Assembly: GCF_963921235.1 (NCBI RefSeq)
Contig: NC_086097.1
Location: 73,472,001-73,536,000, forward strand
Origin: Mobula hypostoma
Lineage: Eukaryota
DNA: 64,000 nucleotides
Reading direction: 5' to 3'
In this document: positions 1 through 10,639 of the stretch, one piece after another
How positions within the stretch are numbered: the stretch's first letter is position 1
How the letters are laid out: each line of letters starts with the position of its first letter
Made by a program: the position numbers and the translations under genes
Notes under the pieces: model-generated
Databases searched by the model: none
The model's input: only the letters and a program-made list of their open reading frames with translations
Told to the model about the DNA's origin: nothing

Positions 1-189
1 AGAAGTTGCCAGGTTTTCCATATCAAAACCCTTATCAGAAGGGGATTAATATGGAAAGTCTGGCATGGCCAGTGTTGTAATTGAAGTAGTGATGATTATC
101 ACGACGAACTGAAGATTGGGCAGGGCTGTCTGCAGAAAGGCCAGTCAGCATGTATGCAGCAGGAGGCTGGTTCTGTTTGCCTTGCACTG

Positions 190-1467
190 AAAAACAGTAA
201 GTTGCACAACTGTGAGTTAAGAAGTTTGGTCTGCAAATCAATGAAAGCACATTATGTGATAATGAAGTCCTTCCAATGACATATGTTAGGATTTGAATGA
301 TGATCAGGCCAGTGAGGAAGTGTTTTTTGCCCGAAAGCTTAAGACAGATACCACAGGTGAAACTATTTTTGAAGAAGAGCAATTTCTTGGAAAACAATAT
401 TCCATGAGAAAATATAATAGCTTATGCAACTGATGGTGCTGCATAGATGGTAGGAAAATGCAGAGGATTCATTGGTCATTTAGAAAGTGCGTGCCTGGCA
501 TTTTTTTTTGCATTCACTGTATCATCTACTGTCAGCATTTGGTTGCAAAAAAATTGGGAGGATGTTTGCATGACACACTGCTGTAATAATGGTTGTTAAC
601 TTCATCAAATCAAATGCACTAAAAGATGTCTTTTTCGACAACTTTGTGAGGGAAACAAAGATGATTTTGAACGACTATTAATGCATGAATGTGAAGTCCA
701 ATGGTTATCAAAAGGTAATTACCTTCATTGTTTTGTTGCACCTTGGGACAGTATTGTAGCATTTCTAAGTGATAAGCAGCTTGAAGAACAAATTGTTGCT
801 GCTTACTCTGACATATTTTACCTGTCAGATATATTTGAAAAACTTAATTTATTAAACAAATAGTTACAAGGACAAAACTGTAGTCTCATATCATGCTAAG
901 AGGCTATTACTGCTGTCCTTGGAAAATTCAAACTCTTCAGCAGCATAGTGGACACCACGAGTTTATGCCACTTCCTACACTGGCCCCTCTTAAAATACAA
1001 TTATTGGATGATGATCAGATTGTATATCTTGATCATTTGGAACAACTACACACTGATATGTAATTTTGGTTCAGAGACCTGCTGGTGATGCATATTCCAG
1101 ATTGGGTGGTGGATCCATTTGGGGTGAATGTGAATAATGTTGACACCACATCGCAAGAATGTCTTACTGAGCTGCAGAGTGAAATAACAGATTGAGCAAA
1201 ATTGAAACGCAGCAAGCAAAATTTCTAGATAAGTAGTGATATTCAAAATAAGTTTCCACAGCCCTGGGAGAAAGCAAAGTTGTTTCTAACTGGATTTCCC
1301 ACCTATTATCTAGTTGAATATGGTTTTAGTTAAGCTGTTCAGTTGCTATCAAACGCTCATAAGTGACTTGGTGTTTTGAAAAGGGGTGATCTTTGATTTT
1401 CTTTAACTAAATTGCAACCAGGTACTCAAAAACTCGTTAGTTGCATCAGCCACAAGGATCTCATTAG
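190..1467 (+). mobile_element. Degenerate hAT (Buster/Charlie, ZBED5/SCAND3-like) transposase remnant
   Basis: Motifs in order across stops and frameshifts: KFGLQINEST, EEVFFARKLKTDTTGETIF, ATDGAA*MVG, IHCII..QHLVAKK, HECEVQWLSKG (HTEVRWLSKG-like), and C-terminal HQPQGSH*. Terminal inverted repeats not identified. Confidence 0.85.
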
Positions 1468-1744
1468 ATACCCTAAGTAATAATATTAAGCACTTTTTCA
1501 TTGTAAGCTATTCAGAGCTTTGAAATAGTTTTTTTTCATCTACACCTGTAACATTACATTTAATATATAATAATACCTATAATCTGTTAAAACATAAATA
1601 TTGACTGTATATTAGAATAATTAGCACAGTTGACCAAACTTTAGAAACTAATGCAGACCGGAGAGGGTGGAGGCCACAGATGTAAGTGAAAGTTGCAAGT
1701 GAACCATGAGCAAACAAAGAAGGTTGAGAACCAGTAATATACAG

Positions 1745-2310
1745 TAGGTGACAAACAACAACGGACCCAGCACCAATCCCTGCTGGGATCACTACAGGCC
1801 TGGGTCAGAGAGATAATCATCTACAACCACTCCCTAGTATCTCCCTCTAAGCCAATGTTGAATCCAATTGAATACTTCATCCCAAATGCCAAGTGACTTG
1901 ACCTTCTGGACCAGCCTCCCATGCAGGACTTTATCAAATGCTTTGTTAAACATCTACCACCTTCCCTACATCGGGCTTGGTAACCTCCTCAAAAAATTCT
2001 ATTAGACTGTTTAGACATGACCCATCATGCACATAGTAATGTAGACTATCCCTAATCAGACCCTGTCTATGCAAGTACCTATATATCCTGTCCCTTATAA
2101 TACCTTCCAATTATTTACCCGCACCTGACGTCAGGCTTACCTGTCCATGAATTCTCGGCTTATTCTTAAGAGACTTTCTTAAGCAACAGAACAACATTAG
2201 CTATCCTCCATTTCTCTGGCACTTCACCTATGGCTAAGAACATTTTAAATATCTGCCAGGCCCTCTGCGATTTCTATACTATCCTTCTACGAGGTCTGAG
2301 GGGGTCACCT
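1745..2310 (-). mobile_element. Old CR1 LINE reverse-transcriptase fragment
   Basis: Antisense CR1 RT-like sequence (VIPAGIGAGSVVVC, a frameshifted VPQGSVLGP region); similar to other CR1 copies in the window. Confidence 0.7.
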
Positions 2311-2865
2311 CATCAGTCCCTAGTAGATTATGGCTCATATTGGGGAGAAATGCAACAAATTTCAGGAGAATATATAAACAATTGGCAAATAATGTCCAAC
2401 ACACATAAGTGTGTGAGGTAATTTAGGGAAAATAGGAAGATCACTTTTTCCTGAAGATGTGAGTATAGATTGGGTAGAGGAACCTGGAGATCTTTCAGAA
2501 CAAATATTCCTATTGCTAAATGTTGCTTCACACTTTATGCAATCCACAAGGAAATCAGACCAAGTATCCTGGTTTGCTTCTGGAGGAATATTTTTAAAAG
2601 TACTTAAGTTATGCTAAATCTAGCATGATGTTGGCTAGTCCCACACTTGGAGCAGTACAGAAGATTTTGGTTACCGTATTATAGAATGGATATAGTACAG
2701 TGGATAAAATTAAATGTGCAAAGGGAAGGATTGATGAACTGGGTTTATTTGTTTTTGAGAAAAGAAGTCCAGTGGTCAAAGGTATGAAGAATTCTGATAG
2801 AGTGGAACAGAGAGTGTGCGGATTTGCAGGGAACCACCCAAATAATGACAGCCAATCTGTCAATG

Positions 2866-2866
2866 G

Positions 2867-2894
<28 letters not shown>
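2866..2894. repeat. (GT)n microsatellite
   Basis: Perfect dinucleotide run. Confidence 0.95.
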
Positions 2895-2897
<3 letters not shown>

Positions 2898-3934
2898 TTT
2901 ATAAAGCTCACTGTCTGGCACTCAATAAAGGGAATGTTGAGTAAGCAAATGTGAGGAAAGGGAATTGACTGTCACAGTGACAGGTGTAAATCAGAAAAGA
3001 TTGGAGACCTGAGTAGACCATAAATCTGGCGTTGGCTGGTTGCATGAATGGTTTGTTTTTCAGCTGTTCAAGACGGATACCATAGATTCTTCTTACCAAA
3101 ATGAGGCTTCTGTTGTTTCAGTTTAGAAAAGAGAAGGCTTTATTCTGTTTGTTTGGCCTACTGACAGTCTCAAGAAAACTAGAAGAGTCCAAATAGTTAA
3201 TAACCTGAATGCTTTAATGTAACTGTGTTTTAAAAATAGGTAATGACATCACAATGAATTATGACATGATTTAATTATGTTTGACAGCTACTTGCTCTGA
3301 ATCATTATTTTGCACTAGAATATGTTTGTATTCCCATGATATTAAATTATGTTAATTCCCATCGTCCTTGAAAATTTCTCAACCCGATATCCTTGCTTGC
3401 ATCAATGTGTTGATAAAAATTGATGTAGGCAGTATTCCACTGGAGCAATGTTTTGATTTAAAAAAAAGCAAAATATGCCCTTTTTTAAAGGTTGAATTTA
3501 AAATGAATGTTAATCTTTAAATAGGATGCAAAAAAATTGCAGATTGGGCAAATGTATTTAATAGGGAGCTAGTTTGAAACTGCAAATTATGTTGTGTTGA
3601 TAATGTTTAACTCTTGCCACAATGGTGCCTATAGCCAAGTTAGGGGGTTGCTGTTAATGGACTCTAATGCAACTTCCAGTACTTGTGTGTTAATTTTGGA
3701 ACATTATTTTGCAAGCACTGAGCCTAACAGAGTTTTAGGCGAATGAACTGAAAAAGAGAAATGTTTTGTCTAAGGCCACTTAGCCCAACCGGTTCATGCA
3801 GGCATTTGTAATCTCCTCTTTCTCATCTTTCCTCAGCTCCCTTCATCACAATGGACTATTGTATCTTCATGTTTGTTCAGCCTGCCCTTAAATGTTTCTG
3901 CACCGTTCACCATCAGCAATGAGTTTAACACGCT

Positions 3935-4681
3935 GACAAGAGAAAATCTGCAGATACTGGTGTAACGTTCAGTTATATTGGCTCGTGTATGTCTAGGGGA
4001 AATCCAGCCCAGCACCCACCTCAACACTCCCCACAGGGTCAGTTGCCACCCGAATCAATCACAAACATCAATCATCAGCCAGCACACCCAGTAAATTTTA
4101 ACAAATACACTTTATAGATATTACTAATTCTATGACATTAATATACATTTGATACAGAGAGGACAGTAATGAAAAAAAAAGGCGCCAACACTTATCAAAG
4201 TCCAAGTTCTTCGCGCGCTACCGTTGGAGCTCAATTTGACTTCAGACGACCACCCGAATTCCGTCAACTCACGGCTCGGGACCACTCTGAGTGATCGACC
4301 GGAGCCTCTCCACACGTCCGCGGTCCTCCTCGTCTCTCCTCCGACTCCCCCCCCCAAAACTCAGTCCACAGTCATATCATACTGCATGGTATCCGAAAAC
4401 AAAACGATACATAACCACCCATTGGCTAATAGAATCCTGTTATCTCATTTTAAAGTAAAACAAACTGTTAGCGCAAATTCTCTTCAGCGTTAAAGCACAA
4501 CAAAGCCGCATTCCCCAGATTAACATAACAAAGTCGCCATTTTAAATGTAACAAAAGAAAGACCCCGTACACTGGAAATCCAAGCAACACACACAAAATG
4601 CTGGAGGACTTGACTCTATACTTTTTTTCCATAGATGCTGCCTGACCTGCTGAGTTCTCCAGCATTTTGTATGTGTTGCTT
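3935..4681. mobile_element. Short fold-back element made of two inverted Penelope terminal-repeat pieces, interrupted by a solo LTR
   Basis: gcaacacacacaaaatgctggag (~4584-4606) is inverted relative to ctccagcattttgtatgtgttgc (~4657-4679); both arms resemble the Penelope terminus at 62014-62118. Confidence 0.75.
3961..4571. mobile_element. Solo LTR, 611 bp, 4-bp target-site duplication
   Basis: Begins TGTAACG, ends CGTACA, flanked by CTGG at 3957-3960 and 4572-4575. Removing it restores the host repeat ctgcagatactgg-aaatccaagcaac. CpG-rich relative to the flanks. Confidence 0.85.
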
Positions 4682-5065
4682 AACACTCTGACTAACTGCT
4701 GTTTGGGCAAGGAAGTTTTAAGTTTTTGGCAGCCTTTCATACTGTGTACACAGAAATCTGATGTGATTGTGCGGTTTTGCTACAAATAAATAGACTGGAT
4801 TAGAATATATTGTGAGAATAATGGCATGTGACCAAGACAGAGTGGTGATTAAATAGTTTACAATTAGCTGAGATGCAGCTAGTTTGTGGCGGGACAAAAC
4901 ATCCCAATGAATCAATTGAAAGTCTCAGCTAAAGAAAACATTGTTAATAAAAGTCATTCTGTTGACCTCTGTGGCTTCTCATTGAGGAAGTTCAGCTATA
5001 ATTAATTTGTTGTATCGTAATTTTCTCAGTAAATATTGTGTTTTTTATTTGCACTTTTCATCTAG

Positions 5066-5074
5066 GTGAAGCAT
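5066..5074 (+). other. Candidate 9-nt microexon (GTGAAGCAT) of an unidentified plus-strand gene
   Basis: Long T-rich tract with TGC ending in tctag, then 9 nt, then donor-like gtgcgt, in non-repetitive sequence. Confidence 0.35.
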
Positions 5075-6011
5075 GTGCGTACTGCTTTCTAAGAATGAAA
5101 TTAATTGAGCATATTATTTTCACATTGAACTCGTTTTACTATAAGTATGTCATCAATCTGAGCTCAAGTCACAGAGATAAAAGATGAGTGTTTAACCCAC
5201 TGCACCATGCAATTACTGGCAGAGGCACCTTGAGGGGCCATTTGGATTAGTTACCTCATCAGCTGCTGCTGCTGGACTTTTGTCGTGATTTGCTGATGAC
5301 CATCTGGCAGTATATTTAACTTCCCAACGTGAACAGCAGCAACAGCTTCCATCTGCAGAGCCTCTAATATCCCTAAACAAATACTGAAGTGCTTTATAGG
5401 TATTTCACTGAGCAACCGAAAAAAAACCACAAAGGCAGACGAGGAGACAAAAATTTAGTCGAAGTTTTAAGGACAAATAAAAGGGAGGGATTTCCAGTTG
5501 CAGCCTTAGCATTTAAAGGTTTGGATAATCCAAAGACGAATCAAAGGATTTGCTGTATAATTCTGTATTTATTTTCTCTCTTGATTAGATCTCATCCCCT
5601 TGATACCTATTATTGTTTGCCACAACAGCTGGCACCCAAGTTTCTTGTCTGTTTTTTCCCCTGTACTAGTGCCTGATTTGAATGTCTCATTATAAATTCC
5701 CTCAAACTTTCCCCTTGACGATGGATTGGATGGAGAATTCAGTTAAGAATCACAGGCAAGTGTGAGTTGAATTACTCCTTGATAGGCCATGCTTGTATGA
5801 TGAGATGTTTTGTAAACTGACATTATTTTTCAAGCCAGGTCACATTTGACACTTTTAACATGCATTACTTCATGACTGAACAATGAATCCCATCATTAAG
5901 TTTCATAGGATGACATTGTCACTCCCATTGCGTTCCACATTTTAAAATTCATAGTGTTTTGAATCCTGAGACCTCCAACAGCTCTTGTTGTCATTAGAAG
6001 GTGGAGAAATA

Positions 6012-6748
6012 GCAGGTTCAAGTTTAATTGACAGTCATGCATGAATACAGCCAAATGAAACAGTGTTACTCCAGGGCCAAGGTGTAAAACACAGCACCAA
6101 TAGTCACACACAGCACAAGGAACATATAACACAAATAAGATAGCAGTAAAATATAGTTACACACAAAAATATATTTTCCAAGTCCCCGAGTCCATCAATG
6201 ATGCAGCAGTCTGCAGTTGAACACAATATGGTTGTCTTCTACCAAGCGAACACTGGGAGGGTGGGGAGCACCGACTCCAGCACGGATGCTGTGCAACACT
6301 GCCTTCGGCACTCTGGTGGGCACTCAACTTAAATCCCCCCCCCCCAAGTGACTGCAAACAGGCAATACCACAGATTGAGGTCTGACCTCACTACGACTGA
6401 TGCCACACAGCTCCCCCACTGTTCGCCAATAAACCAATGAATCGGACTTGCAGCATTCCGCACCACCAATGTGCAACAGGTTCTTGATCACAAGAAAAGC
6501 AACTAAGATGATCACTCTGTGTTAGACTACACACTTCCGTTGCACAACAGTGCCTCTCTGTCACAGGTAGTACCACAGCCTGCACCAATTTCTCCACTAA
6601 CAAACAACTCACTGGCGGGGTAGGCCTGCAGTACTTTGAAGTTCTTAACGTCCAGCTGGGGCTTGAGATCGAGAAAAATACATTAAAAAAAGATAATACA
6701 GTTGGTAGAAGCCACTGCAACCGAGCATACCGCCATCATTACCAGAAG
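6012..6748 (-). mobile_element. Non-autonomous retroelement (SINE-like, non-tRNA head)
   Basis: Minus strand starts cttctggtaatgatggcggt and ends ...caattaaacttgaacttgaacct (ATTAAA plus short tandem tail); non-coding body. Confidence 0.55.
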
Positions 6749-6987
6749 CAATGATTAAGGCAGCCTCAAAAACATTTTCTTTGATATAAACTTGAAATTC
6801 AGTGATTTAATGTTTAGCAATTGTGTTATTGGTGAAAAACTAACATATCCTGATCAGCAACAGAAAATGTTCTGATAATGTAGATTTATATAGAAACATA
6901 GAAACATAGAAAATAGGTGCAGGAGTAGGCCATTTGGCCCTTCGAGCCTGCACCGCCATTTATTATGATCATGGCTGATCATCCAAC

Positions 6988-9312
6988 TCAGAACCCCGCC
7001 CCAGCCTTCCCTCCATACCCCCTGACCCCCGTAGCCACAAGGGCCATATCTAACTCCCTCTTAAATATAGCCAATGAACTGGCCTCAACTGTTTCCTGTG
7101 GCAGAGAATTCCACAGATTCACCACTCTCTGTGTGAAGAAGTTTTTCCTAATCTCGGTCCTAAAAGGCTTCCCCTCTATCCTCAAACTGTGGCCCCTCGT
7201 TCTGGACTTCCCCAACATCGGGAACAATCTTCCTGCATCTAGCCTGTCCAATCCCTTTAGGATCTTATACGTTTCAATCAGATCCCCCCTCAATCGTCTA
7301 AATTCCAATGAGTACAAGCCCAGTTCATCCAGTCTTTCTTCATATGAAAGTCCTGCCATCCCAGGAATCAATCTGGTGAACCTTCTTTGTACTCCCTCTA
7401 TGGCAAGGATGCCTTTCCTCAGATTAGGGGACCAAAACTGCACACAATACTCCAGGTGTGGTCTCACCAAGGCCTTGTACAACTGCAGTAGTACCTCCCT
7501 GCTCCTGTACTCGAATCCTCTCGCTATAAATGCCAGCATACCATTCGCCTTTTTCACCGCCTGCTGTACCTGCATGCCCACTTTCAATGACTGGTGTATA
7601 ATGACACCCAGGTCTCGTTGCACCTCCCCTTTTCCTAATCAGCCACCATTCAGATAATAATCTGTTTTCCTATTTTTGCCACCAAAGTGGATAACTTCAC
7701 ATTTATCCACATTAAATTGCATCTGCCATGAGTTTGCCCACTCACCCAACCTATCCAAGTCACCCTGCATCCTCTTAGCATCCTCCTCACAGCTAACACT
7801 GCCACCCAGCTTTGTGTCATCCGCAAACTTGGAGATGCTGCATTTAATTCCCTCATCCATGTCATTAATATATATGGTAAACAACTGGGGTCCCAGCACT
7901 GAGCCTTGCAGTACCCCACTAGTCACCGCCTGCCATTCTGAAAAGGTCCCGTTTATTCCCACTCTTTGCTTCCTGTCTGCTAACCAATTCTCCACCCACA
8001 CCAATACCTTACCCCCAATACCGTGTGCTTTAAGTTTGCACACTAATCTCCTGTGTGGGACCTTGTCAAAAGCCTTTTGAAAATCCAAATATACCACATC
8101 CACTGGTTCTCCCCTATCCACTCTACTAGTTACATCCTCAAAAAATTCTATGAGATTCGTCAGACATGATTTTCCTTTCACAAATCCATGCTGACTTTGT
8201 CCAATGATTTCACCGCTTTCCAAATGTGCTGTTATCACATCCTTGATAACTGACTCCAGCAGTTTCCCCACCACCGACATTAGGCTAACGGGTCTATAAT
8301 TCCCCGGTTTCTCTCTCCCTCCTTTTTTAAAAAGTGGGGTTACATTAGCCACCCTCCAATCCTCAGGAACTAGTCCAGAATCTAACGAGTTTTGAAAAAT
8401 TATCACTAATGCATCCACTATTTCTTGGGCTACTTCCTTAAGCACTCTAGGATGCAGACCATCTGGCCCTGGGGATTTATCTGCCTTCAATCCCTTCAAT
8501 TTACCTAACACCATTTCCCTACTAACATGTATTTCGCTCAGTTCCTCCATCTCACTGGACCCTCTGTCCCCTACTATTTCTGGAAGATTATTTATGTCCT
8601 CCTTAGTGAAGACAGAACCAAAGTAATTATTCAATTGGTCTGCCATGTCCTTGCTCCCCATAATCAATTCACCTGTTTCTGTCTGTAGGGGACCTACATT
8701 TGTCTTTACCAGTCTTTTCCTTTTTACATATCTATAAAAGCTTTTACAGTCCGTTTTTATGTTCCCTGCCAGTTTTCTCTCATAATCTTTTTTCCCCTTC
8801 CTAATTAAGCCCTTTGTCCTCCTCTGCTGAACTCTGAATTTCTCCCAGTCCTCAGGTGAGCCACTTTCTCTGGCTAATTTGTATGCTTCTTCTTTGGAAT
8901 TGATACTATCCCTAATTTCTCTTGTCAGCCACGGGTGCACTACCTTCCTTGATTTATTCTTTTGCCAAACTGGGATGAACAATTGTTGTAGTTCATCCAT
9001 GCAACCTTTAAATGCTTGCCATTGCATATCCACCGTCAATCCTTTAAGTGTCATTTGCCAGTCTATCTTAGCTAATTCACGTCTCATACCTTCAAAGTTA
9101 CCCCTCTTCAAGTTCAGAACCTTTGTTTCTGAATTAACTATGTCACTCTCCATCTTAATGAAGAATTCCACCATATTATGGTCACTCTTACCCAAGTGGC
9201 CTCTCACGACAAGATCGCTAATTAACCCTTCCTCATTGCTCAAAACCCAGTCCAGAATAGCCTGCTCTCTAGTTGGTTCCTCAACATGTTGGTTCAAAAA
9301 ACCATCCCGCAT
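6988..9312 (-). pseudogene. CR1 ORF2 (end of endonuclease, RT, C-terminus) with one in-frame stop
   Basis: KSPGPDG, YLDFQKAFDKV, QGSVLGP, FADD, RPHLEYCVQFWSP. ORFs 7639-9417 and 6988-7623 are in the same frame and separated only by TGA at 7639-7641, probably from CGA by CpG decay. Confidence 0.95.
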
Positions 9313-10462
9313 AATCTCGGGATTACTGCCTGTGCCACGCGACAGTGAGAGTAGGAATGCGATGAGGTGGAGGATAAATGCGTGGCTGAGGGACTGGAGC
9401 AGGGGGCAGGGATTCAAGTTTTTGGATCATTGGGACCTCTTTTGGCGCAGGCATGACCTGTACAAAAAGGACGGGTTACACTTGAATCCTAGGGGGACCA
9501 ATATCCTGGCAGGGAGATTAGCGGGGGCTACTGAGGTGACTTTAAACTTGAATGGTTGGGGGGTGGGAATCAAATTAAAGAGGCTAGGTGTGAGTAGGTT
9601 AATTCACAACAGGGGGATGGGAACCAGTGCAGAGAGACAGAGGGGTGGAAAGTGAGGGTAGAAGCAAAAAGTACTAAGGAGAAAAGTAAAAGTGGCAGGC
9701 CGACAAATCCAGGGCAAGCATTAAAAAGGTCCACTTTTCAACATAATTGTATAAGGGCTAAGAGAGTTGTAAAAGAACGCCTGAAGGCTTTGTGTGTCAA
9801 TGCAAGGAGCATTCGTAATAAGGTGGATGAATTGAAAGTGCAGATTGTTATTAATGATTATGATATAGTTGGGATCACAGAGACATGGCTCCAGGGTGAC
9901 CAGGGATGGGAGCTCAACGTTCAGGGATATTCAATATTCAGGAGGGATAGACATGAAGGAAGAGGAGGTGGGGTGGCATTGCTGGTTAAAGAAGAGATTA
10001 GCGCAATAGAAGGGAAGGACATAAGCCGGGAAGATGTGGAATCGATATGGGTAGAGCTGCGTAACACTAAGGAGCAGAAGACGCTGGTGGGAGTTGTGTA
10101 CAGGCCACCTAACAGTATTAGTGAGGTCGGAGATGGTATTAAACAGGAAATTAGAAATGTGTGCAATAAAGGAACAGCAGTTATAATGGGTGACTTCAAT
10201 CTACATGTAGATTGGGTGAACCAAATTGGTAAAGGTGCTGAGGAAGAGGATTTCTTGGAATGTATGCGGGATCGTTTTTTAAACCAACATGTCGAGGAAC
10301 CAACTAGAGAGCAGGCTATTCGGGACTGGGTTTTGAGCAATGAGGAAGGGTTAATTAGCGATCTTGTCGTGAGAGGCCCCTTGGGTAAGAGTGACCATAA
10401 TATGGTGGAATTTTTCATTAAGATGGAGAGTGACATAGTTAATTCAGAAACAAAGGTTCTGA
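9311..10462 (+). pseudogene. Inverted CR1 segment: ORF1 SGNH-esterase C-terminus plus ORF2 APE endonuclease
   Basis: ISGLLPVP...FLDHWDLF...DGLHLNPRG (esterase); NARSIRNK, GITETWL, RGGGVAL, YRPP, GDFN, SDH (APE). Confidence 0.92.
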
Positions 10463-10639
10463 TTAGCACATTTAGCTTATATTTCTGATGTTGCTTTGAT
10501 TCCTTTGGAAAGAAAGCAGAAAAACTTTTGAGAAAAGGCAGCATCAATGGAGAGAGAATCAGAGTGAACCTTGATGAGTACCTATACCATTTCCTATCTG
10601 TTTCTCAAAGTCTTGCATGTGCAGTTCACTGCTCAATTA

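Larger units (their letters stand above)
6891..10462 (-). mobile_element. Young CR1 LINE with 5' inversion
   Basis: (TTCTATGT)n tail at 6891-6912; ORF2 on the minus strand up to 9313; segment 9311-10462 is inverted and holds the ORF1 esterase end and the APE endonuclease. Confidence 0.95.

Noticed and set aside
2970..2982. Palindrome TGTCACAGTGACA (core repeated at ~36528) and a small hairpin at 46446-46476
   Set aside because: Short enough to be expected by chance in 64 kb; no supporting context.
6965..8080. Plus-strand ORFs of 230 and 134 aa, and similar ORFs at 9921-10547, 51536-52114 and 54655-55041
   Set aside because: Antisense shadows of CR1 or Penelope coding sequence.
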